This document shows, one piece after another, positions 1 to 9,428 of a DNA stretch of 64,000 bases. Origin of the DNA: Fibrobacteria bacterium (GTDB lineage Bacteria; Fibrobacterota; Fibrobacteria; UBA11236; JADFYW01). The stretch is from assembly GCA_050294405.1 (NCBI GenBank), contig JBNKOC010000007.1, positions 1-64,000 of the forward strand, given 5' to 3'. A model generated the notes under the pieces. It saw only the letters and a program-made list of their open reading frames with translations, was not told the origin of the DNA and made no database searches. Every line of letters begins with the position of its first letter. Position 1 is the stretch's first letter. The position numbers and the translations under genes were made by a program.

Positions 1-1396
1 ACATGTAAATGATTTTTCCGATACATTTAATGCCTATATAGCTGAAACCGAAACAAAGTACCCAGCAGATAAATTACCAATGTTAAAAGCCTTAGCCGGG
101 AAAAAATCTTTTATATCAGATATGGAAATTCGCGGAAAGCGAAAAAAACGTTTTTTTGAAGTGTGGTCCTCCCCCATTTATGACGATGATAGCAACATTG
201 TCTCTTCCATTACGGCTTTTATAGACTTTACCGAAAGAAAGCTTTTAGAAATACAATTGCGCCAGGCTCAAAAAATGGAAGCAATAGGAAGACTGGCCGG
301 TGGAGTTGCCCACGACTTGAACAACATGTTAATGGTTGTATCAGGCTACGCGCAACTGCTGAGGAGAGCCATTCCCGAAGCTTCGGAAATCCAGGAACCC
401 GTTGCAGAAATATTAAAGGCCTCCCAAAGAGCAAGCTCCGTTACCCACCAGTTGCTGGCATTTAGCAGACGGCAAATACTAAAACCATCTATTTTAAATA
501 TCAACGCAGTTGTTACTGAAGTTGAAAAAATGCTCAAAAGAATAATTGGAGAGGATATTCAATTCATAACTTCCCTTGACCCCCAACTTCCCAATATTAA
601 AGTGGATCCAAATCAACTTCATCAAGTACTGTTGAATTTGGCCATTAATTCCAGGGACGCCATGCCGACTGGCGGAAAATTGGTTATAAATACCCTGGTT
701 AAGGAAATCAAAAAGGAAAACATCAATCTGGACAGTGATATTACTCCAGGCACATTTGTAGAGTTGTCTGTAAGCGATACAGGTACCGGGATGGACAAAC
801 AAACCTTGTCGCAGATTTTTGAACCTTTTTATACCACTAAAGGAAGTGGCAAAGGAACCGGACTTGGCCTGGCGACAGTTTATGGAATCGTAAAACAAAG
901 TAAAGGTTTTATATCTGTGTATAGTGAACTAGGAAAAGGAAGCACATTCAGAATTCTTTTTCCAATTGTTTCATCCGGGAATTTACCCTCTGCCAAAACC
1001 AAAAACGAAACATACGACATAACCGGAACCGAAACCCTATTATTGGTAGAGGATGAAAATGCCGTCAGGGAGTTAATTAAAAAACATCTGGTTTTAAATG
1101 GCTATAAGGTCATCTCTAAAAATAATCCCCTGGAAGCCTTACAATTTATCAAAGAGAATAATACCCAAATCCACTTGTTAATTACAGATGTTATAATGCC
1201 CCACATGAACGGCAGACAGCTGGTGGAAAAAATGAGCTCAATTAGAAAAGGCTTTAAGGTCCTTTATATCTCAGGGTACGACGAAAACATAATAGCCCAT
1301 CACGGAATTTTAAATGAAAAGGTAGAGTTAATGTTAAAGCCGTTCAATCTGGATGACCTTATGTTAAAAGTCAGGAAATTATTAGATGATAAGTAA
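1..1396 (+). CDS. Hybrid sensor histidine kinase (PAS-HisKA-HATPase-REC, CckA-like), 5' truncated by window
   Basis: Frame open from base 2; QAQKMEAIGRLAGGVAHDLNN H-box, FEPFYTTKGSGKGTGLGL G-boxes, receiver LLVEDE...LLITDVIMP...KPF. Confidence 0.93.
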   Translation, partial: HVNDFSDTFNAYIAETETKYPADKLPMLKALAGKKSFISDMEIRGKRKKRFFEVWSSPIYDDDSNIVSSITAFIDFTERKLLEIQLRQAQKMEAIGRLAGGVAHDLNNMLMVVSGYAQLLRRAIPEASEIQEPVAEILKASQRASSVTHQLLAFSRRQILKPSILNINAVVTEVEKMLKRIIGEDIQFITSLDPQLPNIKVDPNQLHQVLLNLAINSRDAMPTGGKLVINTLVKEIKKENINLDSDITPGTFVELSVSDTGTGMDKQTLSQIFEPFYTTKGSGKGTGLGLATVYGIVKQSKGFISVYSELGKGSTFRILFPIVSSGNLPSAKTKNETYDITGTETLLLVEDENAVRELIKKHLVLNGYKVISKNNPLEALQFIKENNTQIHLLITDVIMPHMNGRQLVEKMSSIRKGFKVLYISGYDENIIAHHGILNEKVELMLKPFNLDDLMLKVRKLLDDK

Positions 1397-2816
1397 CGAT
1401 GATATAGGGACTGTTCTAATCACTCAAAATCTTACTATTCGCGAATACAGTAGCTCTGTTATTGACCAATTTTCTTTAAAGAACAGCGAACTAAATGGTT
1501 CCTTAGAAAATTTTACCAGTAAATTTTCGAAAATATCAAAAAAGCAATTTATATCCAGCATTAAAAATGCTCTCTTATCCCGTTCTTCGGTTCAATTGAC
1601 CATAAAGACAGATGACGCAAAATATTTTTGGACTTTAATTTCTCCTGCTTTCAGAACAAGCTCAAAGTTGGGGGACTTGATTGTCAGCTTCATGAAACAG
1701 GATAGGCATTCCGGAAGCTTTAATGAAAATGACGAAGTATTTAAAACTGTGTTTGATTCCGCCCCGAAAAGTTTCGTTATACTGGACTCACGATTCAAAA
1801 TTATAAGATATAATCAGGCATTATGTGCCATGTTAGGGTATGCGGCGGATGAGCTGATTGGAAAACCAATTGACACAGTGATAACAGGTTCCCGCAAAAA
1901 ATTTCGAGAACTCAATCATAATAGTCAAGACAGGAATGCCCCCGCGAACGAAAACTTTATTGTCTTCAATCTGAATTCCATTGGAAAACACAGCAATGTC
2001 ATCCCCGTGGAAATCTGTCTGGCGCCTTTTTTTCTCAAGGAACAAAGATACCTGATAGCCATTTTAACGGATATATCCAAAAGAAAAGCCACCGAGAAAA
2101 AATTACTGCAACAACGCCGGGATCTGCTAAAAACGAATAAGGAATTGGAACAGTTCGCCTACAGCACCTCTCATGACTTAAGGTCTCCCCTAAAAACTAT
2201 ACAGGGATTATCCGAAGCCATCGATGAAGAATTAAAGGATAACAATATTAACCTAGCCATTACATTTAACAATCAGGTAAAAAGAGGTATTGACAGGCTG
2301 GACAAATTGATTTTAGATATATTTGAATACACCAAGGCGCGAACCCAGCACGAAAAGCTAGTCCATATAGACTTTAACCAATTGATGGAAGACATCACTT
2401 GCAATAGCCTGCTGAGGTATAGCGGTAATAACATAGACTTGAGAACAAAATTTAATCACAGCAAAAAATTCTATTCTCAAAAGGTGAGGGTTTTTCAAAT
2501 TCTTAGCAATTTAATTTCAAACAGTTACAAATATTACAACCCGAACCAAAAAAAACCATACATTGAAGTAGCCACCAAAAATTTGAAAAAAAACCAAATT
2601 GAAATTTCAGTTAAAGATAATGGAATCGGAATTCCCGAAGATTCCCATAACAAGGTGTTTTCCATGTTTTTCAGATGCGCTTCCATCAACAATTCCGGAA
2701 CCGGATTGGGTTTAGCGCTTGTCAAAAAGCATGTGGACAGTCTTAACGGAAGCATTAATTTCAGTTCTTCACCCAGGGGAACCTGTTTTAAAATAGTTTT
2801 TCCATTAAATCCCTAA
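1386..2816 (+). CDS. PAS-domain sensor histidine kinase
   Basis: ELEQFAYSTSHDLRSPL H-box, NLISNSYKY N-box, DNGIGI, GTGLGL; PAS-like segments; overlaps previous gene by 11 nt. Confidence 0.92.
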   Translation: MISNDDIGTVLITQNLTIREYSSSVIDQFSLKNSELNGSLENFTSKFSKISKKQFISSIKNALLSRSSVQLTIKTDDAKYFWTLISPAFRTSSKLGDLIVSFMKQDRHSGSFNENDEVFKTVFDSAPKSFVILDSRFKIIRYNQALCAMLGYAADELIGKPIDTVITGSRKKFRELNHNSQDRNAPANENFIVFNLNSIGKHSNVIPVEICLAPFFLKEQRYLIAILTDISKRKATEKKLLQQRRDLLKTNKELEQFAYSTSHDLRSPLKTIQGLSEAIDEELKDNNINLAITFNNQVKRGIDRLDKLILDIFEYTKARTQHEKLVHIDFNQLMEDITCNSLLRYSGNNIDLRTKFNHSKKFYSQKVRVFQILSNLISNSYKYYNPNQKKPYIEVATKNLKKNQIEISVKDNGIGIPEDSHNKVFSMFFRCASINNSGTGLGLALVKKHVDSLNGSINFSSSPRGTCFKIVFPLNP

Positions 2817-2828
2817 CTTGTATTATGT

Positions 2829-2848
2829 CCCGAATTATTCGGGTTTTT
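2829..2848 (+). terminator. Probable intrinsic terminator
   Basis: cccgaa-tta-ttcggg followed by ttttt, just after the kinase stop codon. Confidence 0.6.
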
Positions 2849-2923
2849 GCCAAAACGACAAACAATTAGGTTGTTAAAATTTAGACCTTGAGCTTAAGTT
2901 TAATTTGACCTTAAAAAAATTGT

Positions 2924-5296
2924 TTGATGAGTCCATTGTATAAATTTTTCGCTAAATTTTGGGTCTGTTATTCGTTGCCCTATGTTTTCTTCTGTTTTGG
3001 ACTTTTTTTTATTTGTTGCAACCATGAACAAAAAATTGGGTTTCATAAGCTTCCCAAACACGGCTTGATTTATAGTTTTCAACATTCCTTGCTCAGCAAC
3101 TTAGCTTTAGAAAAAGCCCGTAAATTGCATTCTATATTAACAACCAAAGACTATACAAATTTATCGACCGCAGAAGTTATCTACCCCGAAGACAACTCTT
3201 TGTTTCCGCCTGACATGGTTCCGCCTACCATAAAGTGGAAAAATTCAAATGGGGATATTGCGGGCTGGACCATTGAGTTTGGGGAAACCGAAAAAATTCT
3301 GGTGGCCAAAAGTTTAAGCGGCCCGCCCCCACTCCAAATAGATTCGGGGGCTATTCCCGACAACGCCCCTTTTCGGTTAAAACCCGAGACAGGAACAGAA
3401 TATTACCCAATACCCAATAACATCTGGGATGTAATTAAAAGCTGGCCTAAAAATTCAGCCATTAACATCCGAATCACAGGCTTTGATAACAAGAATAAGC
3501 CCCTTATTCAAAATACCAGAACATTTTCCATTTCATCGGATTCCGTGGGTGCCCCTGTTTTTTACCGGGATGTTCCTTTTATGCCTGTACTAAATCAGAA
3601 AAAAAGCGCCATCCTGCCATTGGATGATTTTAACATGAAATTTATCAATTGGCGGCTTCGGGATTTAGCGCGACCCGAATCAAAAGTAGTCATGAGCGAT
3701 ATGCCCACCTGCGCTAATTGCCATACCTTCTCCAAAGATGGGCAAAAACTGGGAATGGACATTGATGGAACCCAGGGAGACAAAGGGGCCTATGGCATTC
3801 AATCTCTTTCCAAAAAAATGGTATACAACCGGGAAAATATTGTGAGCTGGAACCACGATTATGTGGGGGAAAAGACCACTAACCTAACCTTTGGATTTTT
3901 ATCCAGTCTTTCTCCGGATGGAAGCACAGCAGTTACGACTATTAACGAAAAATTATTTGTGGTGGGATACATCGATAAGGAATACTCTCAAGTGTTTTAT
4001 CCTACCCGAGGGATTTTGGCCTGGTACAACCCCAAAGATAAAAAAGCCTACCCTTTGCCCGGCGCGGATGACACGGCATATGTTCACTGCTCCCCCACTT
4101 GGACGCCAGATGGTAAAACCATTATTTTCAGCCGCGCCAAGGCCAAAGACCCATATACCCCCAATCAAAAAATGCCCGCTAAAGCCAATGATCCTGAAGA
4201 AACTCCCATCCAATACTCTCTTTATCGAATACCATTTAATAATGGAAAGGGAGGGAAAGCAATTCCGATACAAGGAGCCTCTTTTAACGGGAAGAGCAAC
4301 AGCTTTGCCAAGGTTTCCCCCGACGGCAAGTACGTTGTTTGGGTTCAGGCCAGAAACGGCCTTTTAATGCGGCCCGATAGCAAATTATGGATTCTCCCCA
4401 TAGATGGAGGAACACCCAGGGAGCTTGATTGCAATTCCAATAACATGAACTCCTGGCACAGTTTCTCTCCCAACAGCCGTTGGCTGGTCTTCACTTCCAA
4501 GAAGTATAGCATGTATACTCAAATGTTTTTAACACACATCGATCCAAATGGCAAAGATAGTCCCGCTATTTTGATTCCTAATTCCACCGCCCACAACCGG
4601 GCTTCCAACTTGCCTGAATTTGCAAACATTAAATACGAAGATTTGGACACTATTGAAACTCCAGCGGTAAGCCACTTTCGTTACAGATTGGAAGCCGGGA
4701 AAAACATTGATGCCGGCAACCGTCCCAAGGCCCTTCACTATTTAAGAAAAATTCTGGAGGAAGAAAAAAAGGACAAAATGATTCGGGCTGAGGTGATGTC
4801 CACCATAGGGGATTTATTGGAAGATAAAAGCGAATCTCTAAAAATGTATCAACAAGCTGTAGAAATTGACCCCAATTATACCCAAGGCTGGATGAATCTG
4901 GGAATTGCCTACTCGGAATTAGGAAAGGAAGACAAAGCTATAGCGGCCTACCACCGGAGCTTGAAAATAAACCCCAACAATTATTTTTCCATGATTCAGC
5001 TTTGCAAAATCCACATGTTCCCTGACAAACCAAAAAACAAGGATTTAAAACTAGCTTTAACATATATCACTAAGGCCAATGAACTAACCTATTTCCAATT
5101 GGAATACCCATTACAAAATCTGGCCCGTGTGTATTCGGTGCTGGGAGATTTTTCAAAGGCCGTTGAATATGGGGAATTGGGCCTTCAAAGAGCCCAGGAA
5201 AAAAAGAATGTGGACCAGGCGCAAAAAATAGAAAATGAATTAAACGCTTACCGGAAGAATGTGAGTTTTTTAGCCCTGGCTCATAAAACAAAATAA
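2924..5296 (+). CDS. TolB-like (PD40) beta-propeller protein with a CxxCH motif and C-terminal TPRs, probably a lipoprotein
   Basis: PD40 repeats (SPTWTPDGKTIIFS, VSPDGKYVVW, SFSPNSRWLVFTS); CANCH; TPRs (AVEIDPNYTQGWMNLGIAY); hydrophobic N-terminus ending FFICC. Confidence 0.8.
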   Translation: MMSPLYKFFAKFWVCYSLPYVFFCFGLFFICCNHEQKIGFHKLPKHGLIYSFQHSLLSNLALEKARKLHSILTTKDYTNLSTAEVIYPEDNSLFPPDMVPPTIKWKNSNGDIAGWTIEFGETEKILVAKSLSGPPPLQIDSGAIPDNAPFRLKPETGTEYYPIPNNIWDVIKSWPKNSAINIRITGFDNKNKPLIQNTRTFSISSDSVGAPVFYRDVPFMPVLNQKKSAILPLDDFNMKFINWRLRDLARPESKVVMSDMPTCANCHTFSKDGQKLGMDIDGTQGDKGAYGIQSLSKKMVYNRENIVSWNHDYVGEKTTNLTFGFLSSLSPDGSTAVTTINEKLFVVGYIDKEYSQVFYPTRGILAWYNPKDKKAYPLPGADDTAYVHCSPTWTPDGKTIIFSRAKAKDPYTPNQKMPAKANDPEETPIQYSLYRIPFNNGKGGKAIPIQGASFNGKSNSFAKVSPDGKYVVWVQARNGLLMRPDSKLWILPIDGGTPRELDCNSNNMNSWHSFSPNSRWLVFTSKKYSMYTQMFLTHIDPNGKDSPAILIPNSTAHNRASNLPEFANIKYEDLDTIETPAVSHFRYRLEAGKNIDAGNRPKALHYLRKILEEEKKDKMIRAEVMSTIGDLLEDKSESLKMYQQAVEIDPNYTQGWMNLGIAYSELGKEDKAIAAYHRSLKINPNNYFSMIQLCKIHMFPDKPKNKDLKLALTYITKANELTYFQLEYPLQNLARVYSVLGDFSKAVEYGELGLQRAQEKKNVDQAQKIENELNAYRKNVSFLALAHKTK

Positions 5297-5322
5297 GCTT
5301 GATTTGTTATAAACGGACCCTA

Positions 5323-6444
5323 TCAAATAAACTCTGGCGACAGCTTATTGCCAGCTCCAATAGCAATTGCTTCTATTTCCACCAACCAATTTTTGCGGCA
5401 AACTTTAGCTTCAACCAATAACATTGGGGTATTTTTAGAAACAACCTTGTTCAAAGCAGCCAGCACTTTCCCATAGTCTTTTTTGTTCCTCAAATACACG
5501 ATAAAATAAGCCACTTCTTTAAGTCCCACTCCATGGGGTTTAAGCAGCGTCTTTATATTTTTCAAACTTCTTGCGGTTTGCCGAACCACATCTTTTGGGT
5601 ATACTACTTTGCCCAAGGAATCTATGCTTGCCGTACCAGATATATAATAATGGGTCCTGTCTTTCCACTCAATTTTTGTACCCCTGTCAAAAGTCACGCC
5701 ATAATCAATAGCCTCGTTCATATTACCCAGAGCGCGCAGCCTCGACACTTGATTTTTCCCGGGCAATGTATAACACAAACAATCCATGGAAAGGCTATTT
5801 GGCATGTAGGGATTGTTTGCTTCAATACCCGTACTAGCTTTATAACCTGTTTTTTTATTAAGCCCCCATTGGCCGTAGAGTTTTTTCCGGGATTGGACCA
5901 TGGCCTCGTAGTTCCTGTCAATATCAGGCACGTAATACCAAAGCCGCATGGCATCTTTTTTAAATTGAAATTGTTGTTTTCCCAAATGCCTCTGCATTCT
6001 TCTAAGCAATCCCAATGTTTGCTGTTCTATTGACTTACGGCTTGGTTCCCATACATTGCAAAAATACCCAAATCTGAAATTCTCAAAGTTTAGAGTTAAG
6101 GCATTTGCACCTAGGGAAAGTTTGACTGGTTTTTTTTTCGGAGCTTTCGGAGACTGCAAGAAATAAAACAAGAAGCTAATTCTGGTCCTTCCCAACGGCG
6201 CCTGCACAACCAGTGAATGAGCTCCTTTGGAAATATAAGACCAGCCCTTTTGTTGTTTTAGAAGCTCACAATCTGCGGGAGTCTTTAAAAACACCCTGGT
6301 AAAAACCAAATCGGCCCCTTCCAGATTTTGGGATTTTAAAAACCGGGCTATTTTTCTCTCGGGAATTTTTAGTTGGGTTGCACTGCAAACAACATAATGC
6401 TCGCACATGCCGTTTTTAACTTTATAGGATTTATGCCATAACAT
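5323..6444 (-). CDS. Rid/YjgF-superfamily protein, FkbO/Hyg5 chorismatase-like
   Basis: TFDRGT, YISGTASID, QTARSLKNIKTLL, IVYLR, VCRKNWLVEIEAIA motifs. Confidence 0.75.
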   Translation of the reverse strand: MLWHKSYKVKNGMCEHYVVCSATQLKIPERKIARFLKSQNLEGADLVFTRVFLKTPADCELLKQQKGWSYISKGAHSLVVQAPLGRTRISFLFYFLQSPKAPKKKPVKLSLGANALTLNFENFRFGYFCNVWEPSRKSIEQQTLGLLRRMQRHLGKQQFQFKKDAMRLWYYVPDIDRNYEAMVQSRKKLYGQWGLNKKTGYKASTGIEANNPYMPNSLSMDCLCYTLPGKNQVSRLRALGNMNEAIDYGVTFDRGTKIEWKDRTHYYISGTASIDSLGKVVYPKDVVRQTARSLKNIKTLLKPHGVGLKEVAYFIVYLRNKKDYGKVLAALNKVVSKNTPMLLVEAKVCRKNWLVEIEAIAIGAGNKLSPEFI

Positions 6445-6546
6445 TAGCTATTGGTCCCCGAGACTTGAATTTATAATAAATCAGTCTCGGGTCAACACAA
6501 AGCTTTTGGCATTTTTGCAATTTGTGATTATTAGATTGGAAAAGGC

Positions 6547-6864
6547 CTAAGCCTCAACCAGTCCATTCACCGACATCCAACTTCCGCCATTGACGCAATC
6601 AATACCCTTTGCCTGCAAAATTTGCGTAGCAGAGCCGCTGCGGGCTCCGGAAGCACAACATAAAATAAGAGGCTTTTTCAGAGCTTTGAGCTCGGAAATT
6701 TTTTCCCGAATTAAATTCAGTGGATAGTTTTTCGACCCGGAAACATGCCCACCCTGGTACTCAGCAGGAGTTCGCACATCAATAACAACAGCCCCTTTTT
6801 CCAGATATTCATTGACAGCGCCATTATTGCCGCCCATACCCATTAAGAAATCCAAGAATCCCAT
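6547..6864 (-). CDS. Single-domain rhodanese (sulfurtransferase)
   Basis: VIDVRTPAEYQGGHVSGSKN, CCASGARS active-site loop; start moved to ATG 6864, which has an AAGGAG RBS. Confidence 0.88.
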   Translation of the reverse strand: MGFLDFLMGMGGNNGAVNEYLEKGAVVIDVRTPAEYQGGHVSGSKNYPLNLIREKISELKALKKPLILCCASGARSGSATQILQAKGIDCVNGGSWMSVNGLVEA

Positions 6865-6887
6865 TTTTTCTCCTTTAGTTAATAAAA

Positions 6888-8258
6888 TTATTTTGCACTG
6901 CAAGCAACCGCGCTTTGGCTTCCAAACTGAGTTACTGCGGTACTTAAATCCAATACATCGAGTTCGGGGCGCATGGACTCCACAATACTTGCCCCTAAGG
7001 CGCTCCTATAGCCCCCTGCACAGTGGACCACCACCGGCTTGTGGTTTGGGATTTCGCCTACTCTTTTTCTAAGCTCCTGTAAGGGAATATTAAAAGCCTC
7101 AGGAAATTTTTTATCATAGCTTTCCAATTGGCTGCGAACATCCAAAATGTGAAACATCCGGGGTTGTTCTATTAATAATCCTGGAGCGGCATAGGCGGAT
7201 TTGACTTCTCCCACATTGCCCCTATAAGTGGCTTTCACATTGGACAGGTAACCCAATTTGCCAATGCGCTTTAACAGGCTTGCCACATCGGCCTTTTCTT
7301 CTAAAACCAACACGAATTTTTCCAAGGGAGAAATCAAGCTCCCTAACCAGGATTCAAAACTGCTGCTGTCTGGAATATTAATGGCCCCTTCCAAATGACC
7401 TTTTTTAAAGAGATCTTCTGGCCGGGTATCCACTATTAGCGCACCCTCTTCTAATTCCGCCATTTCTTTTGGACTGGAAATTTGAATATTTTTTATTCTT
7501 TTATATTCATGTTCCAAGCTGTCTATGACTTTTCCATTGAGCTCCACGCAGTGGAAAAAATATTCGGGGACATAAGGCTGGCCTCTTAAAATCCGCCGGG
7601 CAAAAATTTCTTTGTCTTTTTCCTTTAAAGCCCAGTTGCGGTTAAATTCCTCGGCCATGCTGCTGCTATTGGCTTTGGATAAGTTCTTTCCGCAAAGACT
7701 GCCTGCCCCATGGCCCGGATACACAATAACTTCAGTGGGCAAAGAACGGAATTTTTGCAAGGAATCAAACAGCTGTTTGGCCTGCACTTCCGATTGGTCG
7801 CTGGAATCCTCCCCCGCAGAAGCCAAATCTGGCCTCCCGCAGTCGCCGATAAAAAGCGTGTCCCCGGTAAAAATGGCTATGGGGTTCTCCTGAAAATCCA
7901 TCAACAGAAGGCTAATACTGTTGGCGGTGTGGCCCGGAGTATGCCATACATCCAGCAAATAACTGCCTAATTGTACCCTGTCCCCATCCTTTAGTTTGTT
8001 CCAATCAAACTGGGCTTCAGTCCCTGGACCTGCCAATATGGGGGCTTTGGTCTTTTGACTGAGCTCCACATGTCCAGCCACAAAATCCGCATGGCTATGG
8101 GTTAAGGCTACTCCCGCAATTTTAACATTTTCTTTTTTGGCATATTCTAAATAAGGCTCTATATTTCGGGCGGGATCTATAACCAACATCCGGCCTCCAT
8201 CGCTTATAGAATAGGAGTATTGAGCCAGGTTTTCATCTTTAAATTGCTGAATTAACAT
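6888..8258 (-). CDS. MBL-fold persulfide dioxygenase-rhodanese fusion (CstB/Blh-like)
   Basis: THSHADFVAGH, HTPGHT, FTGDTLFIGDCGRPDL, YPGHGAGSLCGK; two rhodanese domains, the last with HCAGGYRS. Confidence 0.88.
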   Translation of the reverse strand: MLIQQFKDENLAQYSYSISDGGRMLVIDPARNIEPYLEYAKKENVKIAGVALTHSHADFVAGHVELSQKTKAPILAGPGTEAQFDWNKLKDGDRVQLGSYLLDVWHTPGHTANSISLLLMDFQENPIAIFTGDTLFIGDCGRPDLASAGEDSSDQSEVQAKQLFDSLQKFRSLPTEVIVYPGHGAGSLCGKNLSKANSSSMAEEFNRNWALKEKDKEIFARRILRGQPYVPEYFFHCVELNGKVIDSLEHEYKRIKNIQISSPKEMAELEEGALIVDTRPEDLFKKGHLEGAINIPDSSSFESWLGSLISPLEKFVLVLEEKADVASLLKRIGKLGYLSNVKATYRGNVGEVKSAYAAPGLLIEQPRMFHILDVRSQLESYDKKFPEAFNIPLQELRKRVGEIPNHKPVVVHCAGGYRSALGASIVESMRPELDVLDLSTAVTQFGSQSAVACSAK

Positions 8259-8287
8259 AAGACCAGTTCCTTGGTTAAATAAAAAGT

Positions 8288-8659
8288 TTAGAGATGGGTT
8301 TTTATAGCGCCGTCAAAAAACAGCATTTTAACGGCCAGGACAATTAACATAAGGGCAAAGGCCCTTTTTAAAATTTCCTCCGGCAGAAGGTTTGCTATTT
8401 TGGCGCCAAAATAACTGCTGATAAAAAAAGCCGCTCCCAATATTATGGCAGCTTTAATATTAATGTTACCAGCCTTGTAATATTGGAAGGCAGCTAATGC
8501 GCCAACCGGCATAACCATCATTAACAAAGTGGTTCCCTGAGCCAGTTGTTGCGAAAAGCCCATGGTAAAAACCAAGGCGGGAATAATAATGATTGCCCCT
8601 CCCAGGCCCAACATGCCGCCCAGTAGCCCGCTGATGATTCCGATAATTGCCAAAGACAT
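8288..8659 (-). CDS. Half-size TauE/SafE sulfite exporter family protein
   Basis: GLLGGMLGLGGAIIIIPALV, QQLAQGTTL; about 4 TM helices. Confidence 0.85.
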   Translation of the reverse strand: MSLAIIGIISGLLGGMLGLGGAIIIIPALVFTMGFSQQLAQGTTLLMMVMPVGALAAFQYYKAGNINIKAAIILGAAFFISSYFGAKIANLLPEEILKRAFALMLIVLAVKMLFFDGAIKTHL

Positions 8660-8736
8660 TCCTTATACTCCTACCGGGAAATTATTTGTTTCCCACTGTT
8701 CTTCAATTAGTATAGGTCTTGGCGAAGAGTTCTTCA

Positions 8737-8750
8737 GTAACCTAGGTTAC
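8737..8750. promoter_or_regulatory. Perfect palindrome GTAACCTAGGTTAC, candidate Crp/Fnr-family operator
   Basis: 14-bp palindrome (GTAAC-N4-GTTAC) between the Crp/Fnr gene and the tauE start. Confidence 0.65.
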
Positions 8751-8769
8751 ATTTCTCTCAGGAGCCTAT

Positions 8770-9414
8770 TTACGATTCAAAGGGGGCGAGAATTTTTATC
8801 TGGTTGCGGTATAACAGCAGTTTTTCACTGTTTTCAAGCTTTTTAAGCAGGCGCGATACCACCACGCGGGAGGAACCCAATTCCCTGGCCACCTGTTCGT
8901 GGGATAGATTGAGCAGGCTTGAGCCTGTGACTTTGGATTTTTCCGCCAGGTATTTCACCAACCTGTCGTCCAACTTTTGAAAAGCCACCTGGTCAATAGT
9001 TTGAAGCAACTCTTCAAAACGGGCCTGGATAGTGCGCATCACAAAGGCTTTCCAGCTTGGGTATTTGCCCATCCATATATCCATAAATTTTATAGGGACG
9101 CTAAAAAATTCAACATCTTCTTCGGCCACCGCATGTATCTCGCTGATTTTACCTTGCATACAGCAGGTAAAAGTCATGGCACAGCTCTCATGGGCGTTTA
9201 CATAGTAAAGCAGGAGCTCCCGGCCTTCTTCATCCAAACGGGAAATTTTTACAACGCCCTTTACAATAAGAGGCATGTTGCGGATTTCCTCGCCCATTTG
9301 AATCATTTCTGTGCCCGCCTTTTTTTTTTGGTACACAGAAACCGCTTCAATTTCTTCTAATAACTTGGGTTCAAATAAACCGGCAAATTGACTTTGGTGG
9401 ATATCTTTAGCCAT
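8770..9414 (-). CDS. Crp/Fnr family transcriptional regulator
   Basis: cNMP-binding-like domain (GRELLLYYV..ESCAMT), C-terminal HTH SHEQVARELGSSRVVVSRLLKKLE. Confidence 0.92.
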   Translation of the reverse strand: MAKDIHQSQFAGLFEPKLLEEIEAVSVYQKKKAGTEMIQMGEEIRNMPLIVKGVVKISRLDEEGRELLLYYVNAHESCAMTFTCCMQGKISEIHAVAEEDVEFFSVPIKFMDIWMGKYPSWKAFVMRTIQARFEELLQTIDQVAFQKLDDRLVKYLAEKSKVTGSSLLNLSHEQVARELGSSRVVVSRLLKKLENSEKLLLYRNQIKILAPFES

Positions 9415-9428
9415 TGCCCAAATATAAA

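Noticed and set aside
8737..8751. TGTAACC in the sulfur-operon palindrome as another ECF -35 box
   Set aside because: No CGT -10 box 16 nt downstream; better explained as a dyad operator
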